A DNA stretch of 32,000 nt from Opitutales bacterium (GCA_049606355.1 JBMYVL010000002.1:60001-92000), one strand, 5' to 3'. Counted from the first letter of the stretch, positions 1 through 7,831 are shown. The notes: generated from the sequence alone by a model not told the origin. Program-made: numbers and translations.

Positions 1-24
1 CTCGGTATAGACTTTTGCAGGCAT
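1..24 (-). CDS. ilvC: ketol-acid reductoisomerase, first 8 codons only (runs off the window)
   Basis: The reverse complement of 1-24 reads ATG CCT GCA AAA GTC TAT ACC GAG (MPAKVYTE). It lies 58 nt downstream of the ilvH stop on the same strand. It resembles class-I KARI N-termini (M-AKVYY...) and fits the usual ilvH-ilvC order. Only 8 codons are visible. Confidence 0.35.
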
Positions 25-82
25 AGTTTTGTAGGTTCGGGGACGATTGCCCCATCGATTAGGATTAAAAAGTTTCAGTTCG

Positions 83-556
83 CTAGCCGCGTTTAAGAGC
101 TAGATTCCCGGTTCGAGCCATTTCAATAATACCATAAGGCTCAACTAAACTGAGAAATGCGCGCACTTTGTTGGAGTTGCCCGTCATCTCAATGTTTACG
201 CTTTCTGGTGCGACATCGATGATTTTAGCGCGGAAAATATCACAAACTTGCATGATTTCGGATCGTTGTCCTGCGGATGCGTTCACCTTTAGCATGACAA
301 GCTCGCGTTCGGTAGCTTGACCACTGGAAAACTCAGTCACCTCCAAGACATTAACCAGTTTGTAGACTTGCTTAATAGCTTGATCCAAAGCATCGCTGTC
401 ACCGATGATAGTAGCGGTAATGCGCGATAAGCGATTGTCCGGCATCGGCCCAACGTTGAGGGTTTCGATGTTAAAACCGCGTCCGCTAAACATCCCTGCG
501 ATTCGAGCTAGGACTCCAAACTTGTTTTCAACTAGTATTGATATGATGTGACGCAT
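83..556 (-). CDS. ilvH: acetolactate synthase (AHAS) small regulatory subunit, ACT domain
   Basis: 157-aa ORF. The N-terminus MRHIISILVENKFGVLARIAGMFSGRGFNIETLNVGP is the canonical IlvH/IlvN ACT-domain signature. The length is typical and the start is ATG. Confidence 0.9.
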   Translation of the reverse strand: MRHIISILVENKFGVLARIAGMFSGRGFNIETLNVGPMPDNRLSRITATIIGDSDALDQAIKQVYKLVNVLEVTEFSSGQATERELVMLKVNASAGQRSEIMQVCDIFRAKIIDVAPESVNIEMTGNSNKVRAFLSLVEPYGIIEMARTGNLALKRG

Positions 557-579
557 AAAAATTGGGTCCGTAAGACCCA
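557..579 (-). terminator. terminator-like hairpin plus T5 between tRNA-Val and the ilvH start codon
   Basis: The minus strand reads TGGGTC-TTACG-GACCCA (6-bp stem, 563-579), then A TTTTT (557-562), then immediately the ilvH ATG (554-556). The stem is short, so it may be a weak or leaky terminator or a processing hairpin. Confidence 0.35.
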
Positions 580-589
580 GATGGATGAA

Positions 590-666
590 TGGTAGACGGT
601 GAGGGATTCGAACCCACGACCCCCTCGGTGTAAACGAGGTGCTCTAACCAGCTGAGCTAACCGTCC
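590..666 (-). tRNA. tRNA-Val (anticodon UAC), CCA encoded
   Basis: The 77-nt minus-strand sequence is GGACGGT-TA-GCTC-AGCTGGTTA-GAGC-A-CCTCG-TTTACAC-CGAGG-GGGTC-GTGGG-TTCGAAT-CCCTC-ACCGTCT-A-CCA. It folds as a cloverleaf with T33, anticodon TAC, A37, a TTCGAAT T-loop and discriminator A. Imperfections are a G1-U72 wobble and one U-U mismatch in the T stem. Confidence 0.85.
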
Positions 667-837
667 TCACAATTCAGAAAAGAGATGTAAGATGCTGCCA
701 TCAAAGTGCAGATCAAGCCAAATTTCCCGTAAAGATCGAAGTTTTTGCCCTAAATTGATCAGCGCTGGCGATCCGGATGCATTCATCGCGCTAGTTTCAA
801 ACCTCAACAGCGTAATGAGGGCGAAGTCGTGTCGACA

Positions 838-873
838 TAAAAAAGCACCCGACTTTATCTAGGGTCGGGTGCT
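838..873 (-). terminator. rho-independent terminator of the 137-aa basic protein gene
   Basis: A perfect 10-bp GC-rich stem (844-853 AGCACCCGAC pairs with 864-873 GTCGGGTGCT) has a 10-nt loop. On the minus strand it is followed by TTTTT. It lies 20 nt after the stop at 893. Confidence 0.75.
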
Positions 874-892
874 GTAGAAAAGAAAACCGTAA

Positions 893-1306
893 CTACTTAC
901 GCTTTTTAATTAAGCCTGCTGCGGCTTTGATATTCATCACCGTTGCAGTAGAGATCCCATATTTTTTAGCAGCAGCAGCAATCTTAGCTCCGGACTTTAG
1001 TTCGCCCACGAGTTCTTTGCGTTGTGCCTCGGAAAGTACGATACGTTTACGTGGAGCGCCACCTTTGCCGGAGCTCTTAGCGGGTCGGCGGCCACGCCCT
1101 GATTGTTTGCGAGCAATTAACTCCTCGGCAGTGATGCGGATACCTTTGGTTGCTAAATCCTTAGATAGCTTCTGCGCTTCAGCTAATTCTTTAACTGCGC
1201 CTTGAACGGCAGACTGTGCTGCGCTGGTTGCTTGCTCGACGAGTTCTTTCGAAGCGACGATGCCAGTTGGTAATTTGATATTAATTTTGATAGTACGTTT
1301 TGCCAT
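893..1306 (-). CDS. hypothetical small basic protein with C-terminal helix-turn-helix (possible nucleoid-associated protein or regulator)
   Basis: 137-aa ORF with ATG start. It is Lys/Arg/Ala-rich, with an N-terminal predicted coiled coil and a central RG/K-rich linker (GRGRRPAKSSGKGGAPRKR). The C-terminus LSEAQRKELVGELKSGAKIAAAAKKYGISTATVMNIK resembles Hin/IS3-OrfA-type HTH domains. It has its own strong terminator and an AT-rich upstream region. Confidence 0.7.
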   Translation of the reverse strand: MAKRTIKINIKLPTGIVASKELVEQATSAAQSAVQGAVKELAEAQKLSKDLATKGIRITAEELIARKQSGRGRRPAKSSGKGGAPRKRIVLSEAQRKELVGELKSGAKIAAAAKKYGISTATVMNIKAAAGLIKKRK

Positions 1307-1583
1307 AATAAAAAATAATGACTAGTGGTAAATTAACTTAATTCTTTAGTGTCAATTTTTTATATTCATAAGATTGATATCCTACTACTAAATTATGATC
1401 TGACGTAACATTCGACCACTACAGAGATTATGTAGTGTCGTATGCTTTGGGCGCCCTGAGGCGCTAGACCTATGCCCTTTCGCACAGTGCTGCTAGCAGA
1501 GTAAGTGGGTTGGTCGTATGCCGTCGGGATAAAGCATCGCAGGGTAAACCAATAACCCCCTCAATTTTCTAAAAAGTATTCTT

Positions 1584-2246
1584 TTAGAGCGAAGCAAGTG
1601 TCGTTGCGAACGCAGTTTGGTCGCTCGCATTATAAAATGCAGTGCCAGCAACGAGGGTATCAATACCACGCGATCGACACAGGGGTGCTGTTGTTGCATC
1701 AATCCCACCATCTACCTGGAGTCGATAGCCCAAATTCAACTCAGATCGCCAGCGGTCCAGTAATTCCATTTTAGGCAAGGTGTCTTCGCGGAAGGATTGA
1801 CCGCCAAAGCCCGGCTGAACCGTCATTAGAAGTACAATATCGCACAGTTCCAAATAAGGTCGGGCGGACTCGACCGGAGTGTCTGGATTGAGTACGACCC
1901 CGCAGCGGCAACCCTGTGATTTGATTTTTAGTAAGGTAGCCTCGATCGGATAGTTCGGCTCTACGTGTATTGTGATTTGATCCGCGCCTGCGTTTATAAA
2001 TGCATCAACATGTTTATCGGGATTGTCGAGCATCAGGTGTACATCAAAGAATAGCTTAGAGTCAGCGCGCAACGCTTTGACCGTTTGGGGGCCAAAAGTC
2101 AGATTGGGGACAAAGTGACCATCCATAATATCAAGATGGACCCAGTGGAGACCCGCTTGCTCAATTAAATCTAAGCTGCCTTTTAAGTTCGCGTGGTTGC
2201 CCGCGAGTATCGACGGTGCGAGAATAACCTCATGAGGAGATGGCAT
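1584..2246 (-). CDS. rpe: ribulose-phosphate 3-epimerase
   Basis: ILAPSILAGNHANL...HLDIMDGHFVPNLTFGP...MTVQPGFGGQSF...VDGGI are classic Rpe motifs. The ORF track extends to a TTG at 2282, which overlaps the upstream gene. The ATG at 2246 (MPSPHEV...) gives a typical 220 aa. Confidence 0.9.
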   Translation of the reverse strand: MPSPHEVILAPSILAGNHANLKGSLDLIEQAGLHWVHLDIMDGHFVPNLTFGPQTVKALRADSKLFFDVHLMLDNPDKHVDAFINAGADQITIHVEPNYPIEATLLKIKSQGCRCGVVLNPDTPVESARPYLELCDIVLLMTVQPGFGGQSFREDTLPKMELLDRWRSELNLGYRLQVDGGIDATTAPLCRSRGIDTLVAGTAFYNASDQTAFATTLASL

Positions 2247-2272
2247 ACTAGTATCATTGCCGAGCCCGTATG

Positions 2273-3166
2273 CTAGATGCAATCCAATAGCTGCTCGAGA
2301 TGTGTAATTTCGATATCAGCCAAACGGTTTTTGCAATCGGGATGGTCGTTGCGCCGACGCAACGAACGAGAATCTCCGGCAAACAGTGCAGTTTTGAAGC
2401 CAGTTTGTTGAGCCGGCCAGATATCGTTACGCATATCATTACCGACATACAATACCTGCTCGGGTTGAACCTTGTGGTATTTCGCTAAGCATTCGGCAGC
2501 ATCTTCGTAGAGTCGCGTTGATGGCTTTCCTTCAAGAAGCGTGTAAGACCAAACAGAGCAATTTAGGCAGAACTTTAACGCTGCTAATGACTGGCCTAGG
2601 AAAGCCTCAAAGAGTAGAGGAGTGTAGAACTGCGCATTCGATATTATGCTTACCGTGTAATTACGCGACTGCAGCTTTTGAAGTGTCGTAGTTAAGCCAG
2701 GCATAATGCAAACTGGGTTCACTCTTGTTTCATAATCGATTGCTAATGTTTCAATATCAACCTCCGTCAATGGGGCAATCATCCCATCTTTTTGAAGCTG
2801 TTCTAAGTAACTCTGCCATACCTCACGTATCTCTACTTCGGGATACGCGATACCTGCAGCCTGCCGCTTTTTTTGGGAAGCGTGGATACATGTATGAAAG
2901 TGCGAATCCAAGCGTAAGGATTTGGCCTTTTCATGAAGTCGAATACCGTGTTCGGCAAATGTAGCGCGCATGGCGCTGTCACGGTCACTCTCGGCGGCGA
3001 GGCTGATGTCCCCGACGCCTGAGCTAAATAGGGTGCCATAAATATCAAATACTACTGCACGTATATCGGTTAGCAGTTTCGTGCGCTGCTTTGCATCGCT
3101 TGCCGGTACAACCTGCTCAGTGAGTGCACGTTGGCGAATCAGATTGACTTGTTTACTGCGGCTCAT
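2273..3166 (-). CDS. HAD-superfamily hydrolase, subfamily IA, with DxY (dehalogenase-type) motif I
   Basis: Motif I is VVFDIYGTLF, motif II is SIISNAQ, motif III is GKPS and motif IV is VGNDMRNDI. The ATG overlaps the upstream GT stop as ATGA (3163-3166). Confidence 0.85.
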   Translation of the reverse strand: MSRSKQVNLIRQRALTEQVVPASDAKQRTKLLTDIRAVVFDIYGTLFSSGVGDISLAAESDRDSAMRATFAEHGIRLHEKAKSLRLDSHFHTCIHASQKKRQAAGIAYPEVEIREVWQSYLEQLQKDGMIAPLTEVDIETLAIDYETRVNPVCIMPGLTTTLQKLQSRNYTVSIISNAQFYTPLLFEAFLGQSLAALKFCLNCSVWSYTLLEGKPSTRLYEDAAECLAKYHKVQPEQVLYVGNDMRNDIWPAQQTGFKTALFAGDSRSLRRRNDHPDCKNRLADIEITHLEQLLDCI

Positions 3167-4611
3167 GTTCGCAAGAGTCGAAACCGTTCGGGCTTGAGGA
3201 ATCCTTCGACGATAGTGGCGGGATCCAGGTAGTTAACTTCAGACTTTTGATCGATAGACTCATAGATTTGAATCATCCTTTCTGCATATTGAAAGGTGCC
3301 ATAGACATCGGCGATCCGTTTGGCGTTGCTTTGCAAGTCTGAGTCGCTGGCTCGCCCACCTAGAGTCGGCAGGTCCGCTTTGACTTGGGGATTATTGATG
3401 ATGTGTGTGATGGCGCGCTCTTGGAAATCTTCGTCGAGTCCACCAAAATCAATAGTGTCGGGTGTTGGTTGGATGGATGCGAGCGCCTGCTCGGCTGCAT
3501 CCATTGGCAGTGTGCGCCCATAGGCGGCATACACTTTGATGAGCGCTGCATGGAGCGTCTCGAGCAGCTTTTGCGTATCGATCCATGCTTTGGGAATCGG
3601 TAAGCTATTATAAAGATGATCTAGAGTGACTCCCTGATCTTTGAAGTCTTCAGTAATTGCGGGTAAGTCACGTCCGCAGATACCTTTGCCAAATAACCAA
3701 GGCTCCAGGAAGGCGAGTCCGAAGCCCTCCGCAATACTGGTTGTCAGAATCGTGTCAGCAGCTTCGATGATTCCCCCGAAGGACCAATTATGTGCTTCAG
3801 CAATACCAAAATGCACCGGCAAGTGATGTTGCTTTCCAAATGCTTGCCAGCGTTCATAGGCTGCTAAGTAGTTCGGGTTCGTTGGTCCCAAGGTCGTAGC
3901 ATATACCGTGTCATGTTGATCGAGTGCAGCCCAAAGTAACAATTCACCAAAATTTTTCCGACGAACCGCGCGTACTGGATATACGATCAATCGATCCGTG
4001 CAGAAGTGTTCCTTTATTTGGGGCGCTTCGTTTTCATGTTCCGTGCCACAACCACTTTCTACCGGATTGGAGAGTAAGTGTAGCCTCGTTGCATCCATGC
4101 CAGTATCTAAAAATAGATTATAGTCACGGTGGTTAATGACGCCGTAATGTACATTCTCTGCATCGGGGTAAAGTTTGTCAGGCGTTGCGGTGCTGCAATT
4201 GGTCGTATGATTCTGCGGTCGACCATCTTCAGCAAAGTCATGCATCTGTAAGAGTACAGATTCGCCTTCCTCAGCGAGCAATGCGACGACACCCGGCATT
4301 GCAAAATTCTTCCCTAATGAATGATTATGAATGTGCCACACATCGGGAGGGCCGCCTAAGGCAGCTTTTGCGGCTTTACGGAGATCGCTCAGTAGTTGTC
4401 GGGGCGCGGGCGTCGCTGGTGGCGAATTTGAATAGCGTAGCCCAGGGATGATTCTGACATCTTGTGTATAGCTGAAACTGTCGGGGGATTCACCGGTTAA
4501 TACAACACACTTCGACGCCACGGATAGCTGATCGAAGCCGCGCAGAGTTGATTCAATTACGCGAGTAACGCCGCCGCGTTTGAGGTGGTAGTGAATAATG
4601 GCAATGCGCAT
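3163..4611 (-). CDS. GT-B fold glycosyltransferase, MggA-like candidate (mannosylglucosyl-3-phosphoglycerate synthase-like)
   Basis: 482-aa ORF. The N-terminus MRIAIIHYHLKRGGVTRVIES has the GT-B/GT4-like glycine-rich start, and the C-terminal half contains SIAEGFGLAFLEPW (an E-x7-E-like motif). It starts 2 nt after gpgS. The MggA assignment rests on context and memory of that family, not on a search. Confidence 0.75.
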   Translation of the reverse strand: MRIAIIHYHLKRGGVTRVIESTLRGFDQLSVASKCVVLTGESPDSFSYTQDVRIIPGLRYSNSPPATPAPRQLLSDLRKAAKAALGGPPDVWHIHNHSLGKNFAMPGVVALLAEEGESVLLQMHDFAEDGRPQNHTTNCSTATPDKLYPDAENVHYGVINHRDYNLFLDTGMDATRLHLLSNPVESGCGTEHENEAPQIKEHFCTDRLIVYPVRAVRRKNFGELLLWAALDQHDTVYATTLGPTNPNYLAAYERWQAFGKQHHLPVHFGIAEAHNWSFGGIIEAADTILTTSIAEGFGLAFLEPWLFGKGICGRDLPAITEDFKDQGVTLDHLYNSLPIPKAWIDTQKLLETLHAALIKVYAAYGRTLPMDAAEQALASIQPTPDTIDFGGLDEDFQERAITHIINNPQVKADLPTLGGRASDSDLQSNAKRIADVYGTFQYAERMIQIYESIDQKSEVNYLDPATIVEGFLKPERFRLLRT

Positions 4612-4613
4612 GG

Positions 4614-5603
4614 CTATGCCGTATTCTGTACCTTAAATTTCTTACAATACTCTGGCACCGAGATCATGGGAGGGCGCTCGTACTCAACGATTGCTTTCTC
4701 AAGTAGGTCGTAACGATTTCCTTCCGCTTGAAATTGGCGGTATAAAGTCGCTAACTCAGGCAGCTTGTCGACCATGTCGTAGCGTTTCAATCGATTGAGG
4801 AAGGTTTGTAGGATACCAAAGGACATTTTACCCAAAGCGGTAGTGCTTTGATTCCGGTGGATACGTTGATCGAGGTCGCACTGTGCAAATGCATCCAGAC
4901 CCCATTCTTGATACACATCTAAGATGTGAGCGGTCTCAACGCCGTACCCAATTGGGAATGGTATTTTTTCCAATACTTCGCGACGCACTGCAAATTCACC
5001 GGAGAGTGGCTGTATCAGTGCTGCAAGCTCAGGGAAAAAGAGTGAGAACAGCGGGCGAATTAGAATTTCGGTTACGCGCCCACCGCCGCTGGCACGAACG
5101 CCCGTCGAATATGTGATGGGACGATCATAGAAGGCCTTACAGTATTTGGTGGTTGGATTTAGGAGCAACGGTCCGACGATGCCAGTAACAAAACGTGGGT
5201 GGATATTGGCAATGTCAGCATCTACGTAGATTATTATATCGCCCTTTAACTGATAGATCGCCTTCCAGAGATTTTCTCCTTTGCCGGGTTTATCACCAAC
5301 GGAGGGGAGGATATCCTTCGCGCGATAGGTGTCTGCTCCAAAGGATGCTGCGACCTCTAAGGTTTTATCCTTGGATCCGGAATCAATCACCGCAAATTCA
5401 TCGATGAGCGGGTAGCGCTCCATGAGCTCCGATCGGAAAATGACGATTTCCTTTCCGATGGTGCGTTCCTCATTTAAGGTGGGAATACAGAGTGATATCT
5501 TGATGCCCTGTTGCTGCTTCAATTCAACCAGTTTGAGTATGTCCCAAAACTCGCCGTGATGGTAGGTGTTGGCCTCAAGCCATTTTTCAACCTTACTCGT
5601 CAT
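4614..5603 (-). CDS. gpgS: glucosyl-3-phosphoglycerate synthase (GT81)
   Basis: 329 aa. It is collinear by eye with mycobacterial GpgS: IPTLNEERTIG, VIDSGSKDKT, PGKGENLW, IIYVDADI (DxD), GGGRVTE, QPLSGEF, GYGVE, HRNQ. Confidence 0.88.
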   Translation of the reverse strand: MTSKVEKWLEANTYHHGEFWDILKLVELKQQQGIKISLCIPTLNEERTIGKEIVIFRSELMERYPLIDEFAVIDSGSKDKTLEVAASFGADTYRAKDILPSVGDKPGKGENLWKAIYQLKGDIIIYVDADIANIHPRFVTGIVGPLLLNPTTKYCKAFYDRPITYSTGVRASGGGRVTEILIRPLFSLFFPELAALIQPLSGEFAVRREVLEKIPFPIGYGVETAHILDVYQEWGLDAFAQCDLDQRIHRNQSTTALGKMSFGILQTFLNRLKRYDMVDKLPELATLYRQFQAEGNRYDLLEKAIVEYERPPMISVPEYCKKFKVQNTA

Positions 5604-6765
5604 CGCAATACCCTCCGTCGATTGATTTTAACAATGCCACGAGTTGAGACAGACCATTGAAGGTCGGTTGGATATCAATGGATTCATTGTACTCGTTTTT
5701 GTGCTGCCCGGTTGTTAGGCCAAGCGTGACGCTTGGAATCTTTTGTCGAATTAACTCACTTAGTTCGCCCACGCTTGGTTCAATGTGTGGCTTTACGTCC
5801 AGGGTCGCCAAAATTTTGCGCATGCACTTCACCATGGGGTGGTTGTACTCGAGTCCGCCGTGTTTGCGATGAGCAACCACTGTAAGCGAAATGTCGGTGC
5901 GCGACATAGTCGCGACTTCCTCTACCAGATCGGCGATTCGATTGCGCAGCTCTGTGACCATACCGTCGGCTTCACTGCGTATTTCGAAACGCAAGCTTGC
6001 AGTCGTGGGTTGCGTCGCAAAGGACGTCCCTGTGTTCATCGAGCCGAATATGATTTTTGTTTTGGGTTCGGTTGGGATCGGGATCGATTGAATCCCCTGG
6101 ACTATTTTAGTCAGCAAGGTGACTGCATTGGTGGCTCCGAATTTCGTCCAGTCGTACTCCGAGGGCATGTTGAGGTTTACTTCGCCGCGCAGCATGCCGA
6201 CGGAGGAGTAACTCAGTCGGCCCAGTTGGATCCCTTCAACGCAGATGCCGGCGTGAAGCGGAAATGTATTATTTTCTAAAAAGAACTTTATGCCGCCGAG
6301 ATTGCCATGCCCCAAGCTGCGAGTGCACCCGAGCAAGATGATGTTGTCGCTGAATTGCAGTTCGAGCCGGTTCAATAAATTGGGGAGGGTCGCGATCGCG
6401 GCAAGGCCTAGACTATTGTCGCCTATCCCCGGGCCCTGTATCGTGTCCTGCGTAACGGACATTGCATGATCTACTTTTTGCGAAAAGACAGTATCTGAGT
6501 GTGCGCAAACCAGTATGTTGCGCTTCCCCTCGCGCCCCGGAATCATGGCCATGCAATTGCCGGCTACCTCATCAATTGAGATACGCTGTAGGCCCTCTTC
6601 GGTGAAGCGATTGCCCAGAAAAGTGATGCGGCGCTGTTCACCGAAGGTGGGTGCTGGTATTTCGCCAAGCATCATTGCGTTTGCGAGCAGTATCTCTCGA
6701 AGCGGTTGTATGGCTTCGCGATGCTTCGGTATTAAATCTAAAATGGTGGATAAATCTTCAGGCAT
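5593..6765 (-). CDS. M20/M28-like metallopeptidase-fold protein, apparently lacking the catalytic Glu-Glu
   Basis: 390 aa. It has VCAHSDTVF (HxD), GPGIGDNSLG (bridging Asp), CVEG (Glu ligand) and a C-terminal GQHKNEY (His ligand). The segment that normally carries the EE motif reads LLGCTRSLGHG. Its 3' end overlaps the gpgS start by 11 nt. Confidence 0.8.
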   Translation of the reverse strand: MPEDLSTILDLIPKHREAIQPLREILLANAMMLGEIPAPTFGEQRRITFLGNRFTEEGLQRISIDEVAGNCMAMIPGREGKRNILVCAHSDTVFSQKVDHAMSVTQDTIQGPGIGDNSLGLAAIATLPNLLNRLELQFSDNIILLGCTRSLGHGNLGGIKFFLENNTFPLHAGICVEGIQLGRLSYSSVGMLRGEVNLNMPSEYDWTKFGATNAVTLLTKIVQGIQSIPIPTEPKTKIIFGSMNTGTSFATQPTTASLRFEIRSEADGMVTELRNRIADLVEEVATMSRTDISLTVVAHRKHGGLEYNHPMVKCMRKILATLDVKPHIEPSVGELSELIRQKIPSVTLGLTTGQHKNEYNESIDIQPTFNGLSQLVALLKSIDGGYCDDE

Positions 6766-6779
6766 GTCAGGTCGCTTAG

Positions 6780-7598
6780 TTATTTGATCTCAATGGAGCT
6801 GGGATCAAAGTCCACCTCCGGGTAGCTGAGGTGCATATCCTCGAGGCAGGCCACGAGTATCCGCGCTACTAGCAAGTTGCGCGCCCATTTTTTGTTTGCG
6901 GGTATAAGATACCAAGGTGCATGCGTGTGACTGGTCAGCCTGAATACGTCTTCGTAAGCTTTTTGGTACTCATCCCATTTGGCTCGCGCATCCAAATCGG
7001 AGAGGTCGAATTTCCAGTTTTTCATGGGCGTATCGAGGCGCTCTTGAAGGCGTGTCCGCTGTGTCTCTCGATCGATGTGCAAAAAGAACTTTAGAATAAC
7101 GGTCTCCTCATCGACGAGCATCTGTTCAAAATCATTAATGTGTCGAAAGCGCTTTCGCCAGACTGACTCTGGCTTGAGTTTGTTGACTCGAACCGCCAGA
7201 ACATCTTCGTAGTGACTGCGATCGAAGATCATTATTTCACCCATTGCCGGTGCACGTTTGTGAACTCGCCATAGGTAGTCGTGTGCCAATTCTCGCGTTG
7301 ATGGCTTTTCAAAACTGGCAACATGAACACCCTGTGGGTTCACTCCGCGGAAGACATGGCGGATCGTGCTGTTTTTGCCACTGGTATCCATGCCCTGTAG
7401 GACGAGAAGTAGTTTCTTGCGGCGGTCTACGAAAAATCGCTGCTGCAGATCGGCTAAGCGTAGGTTGAGCTCGTGGAGCTCCTTGCTTGCAATCTTCTTA
7501 TTCTTAGGGAGGTCGTCCCAAGGGTTTGATGCGACATCCGTCAGTGGTAAATTACGATCTTTTGTGATCAGATAGTGATTATATTCGCACAAACTCAT
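6780..7598 (-). CDS. ppk2: polyphosphate kinase 2 family (single-domain PPK2; polyP:nucleotide phosphotransferase)
   Basis: 272 aa. LLLVLQGMDTSGKNSTIRHV (Walker A-like), YLWRVHKRAPAMGEIMIFDRSHYEDV and PWYLIPANKKWARN are hallmark PPK2 motifs. Confidence 0.9.
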   Translation of the reverse strand: MSLCEYNHYLITKDRNLPLTDVASNPWDDLPKNKKIASKELHELNLRLADLQQRFFVDRRKKLLLVLQGMDTSGKNSTIRHVFRGVNPQGVHVASFEKPSTRELAHDYLWRVHKRAPAMGEIMIFDRSHYEDVLAVRVNKLKPESVWRKRFRHINDFEQMLVDEETVILKFFLHIDRETQRTRLQERLDTPMKNWKFDLSDLDARAKWDEYQKAYEDVFRLTSHTHAPWYLIPANKKWARNLLVARILVACLEDMHLSYPEVDFDPSSIEIK

Positions 7599-7831
7599 AA
7601 AGCTACGAGTAGGACATCAGTGATTTTCGGCTGTAGGTCAACGCATCACTGTGGATCGAACTACGAGGTCGAAAAGTGCCTTCAGCGCAAGTACCGTTTT
7701 GTCGATGATGGCTCGAATCGATCATTTCATAGGACTCTTACAAAGTCTTGGAAGTTGCTTGGTTCTGCGACTCTTGGCTGATCCGCAGAATACAGGTTGT
7801 CATTTTTCCCTGGTTTCCTTGTGTGTCTAAC

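Noticed and set aside
590-666. Possibility that the tRNA-Val is a pseudogene (G1-U72 wobble and a U-U mismatch in the T stem).
   Set aside because: All other cloverleaf elements are canonical: U8, D-loop GG, U33, A37, a TTCGAAT T-loop, discriminator A and an encoded CCA. A single mismatch is tolerated in many functional tRNAs. It should be confirmed with tRNAscan-SE.
927-1205. 92-aa plus-strand ORF antisense to the basic-protein gene.
   Set aside because: It is embedded antisense. The minus-strand gene has its own terminator and a coherent domain layout.
5785-6279. 164-aa plus-strand ORF antisense to the M20-like gene.
   Set aside because: It is fully embedded in the opposite-strand CDS, which carries peptidase-fold motifs. 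Its own sequence has no motifs and a biased composition.
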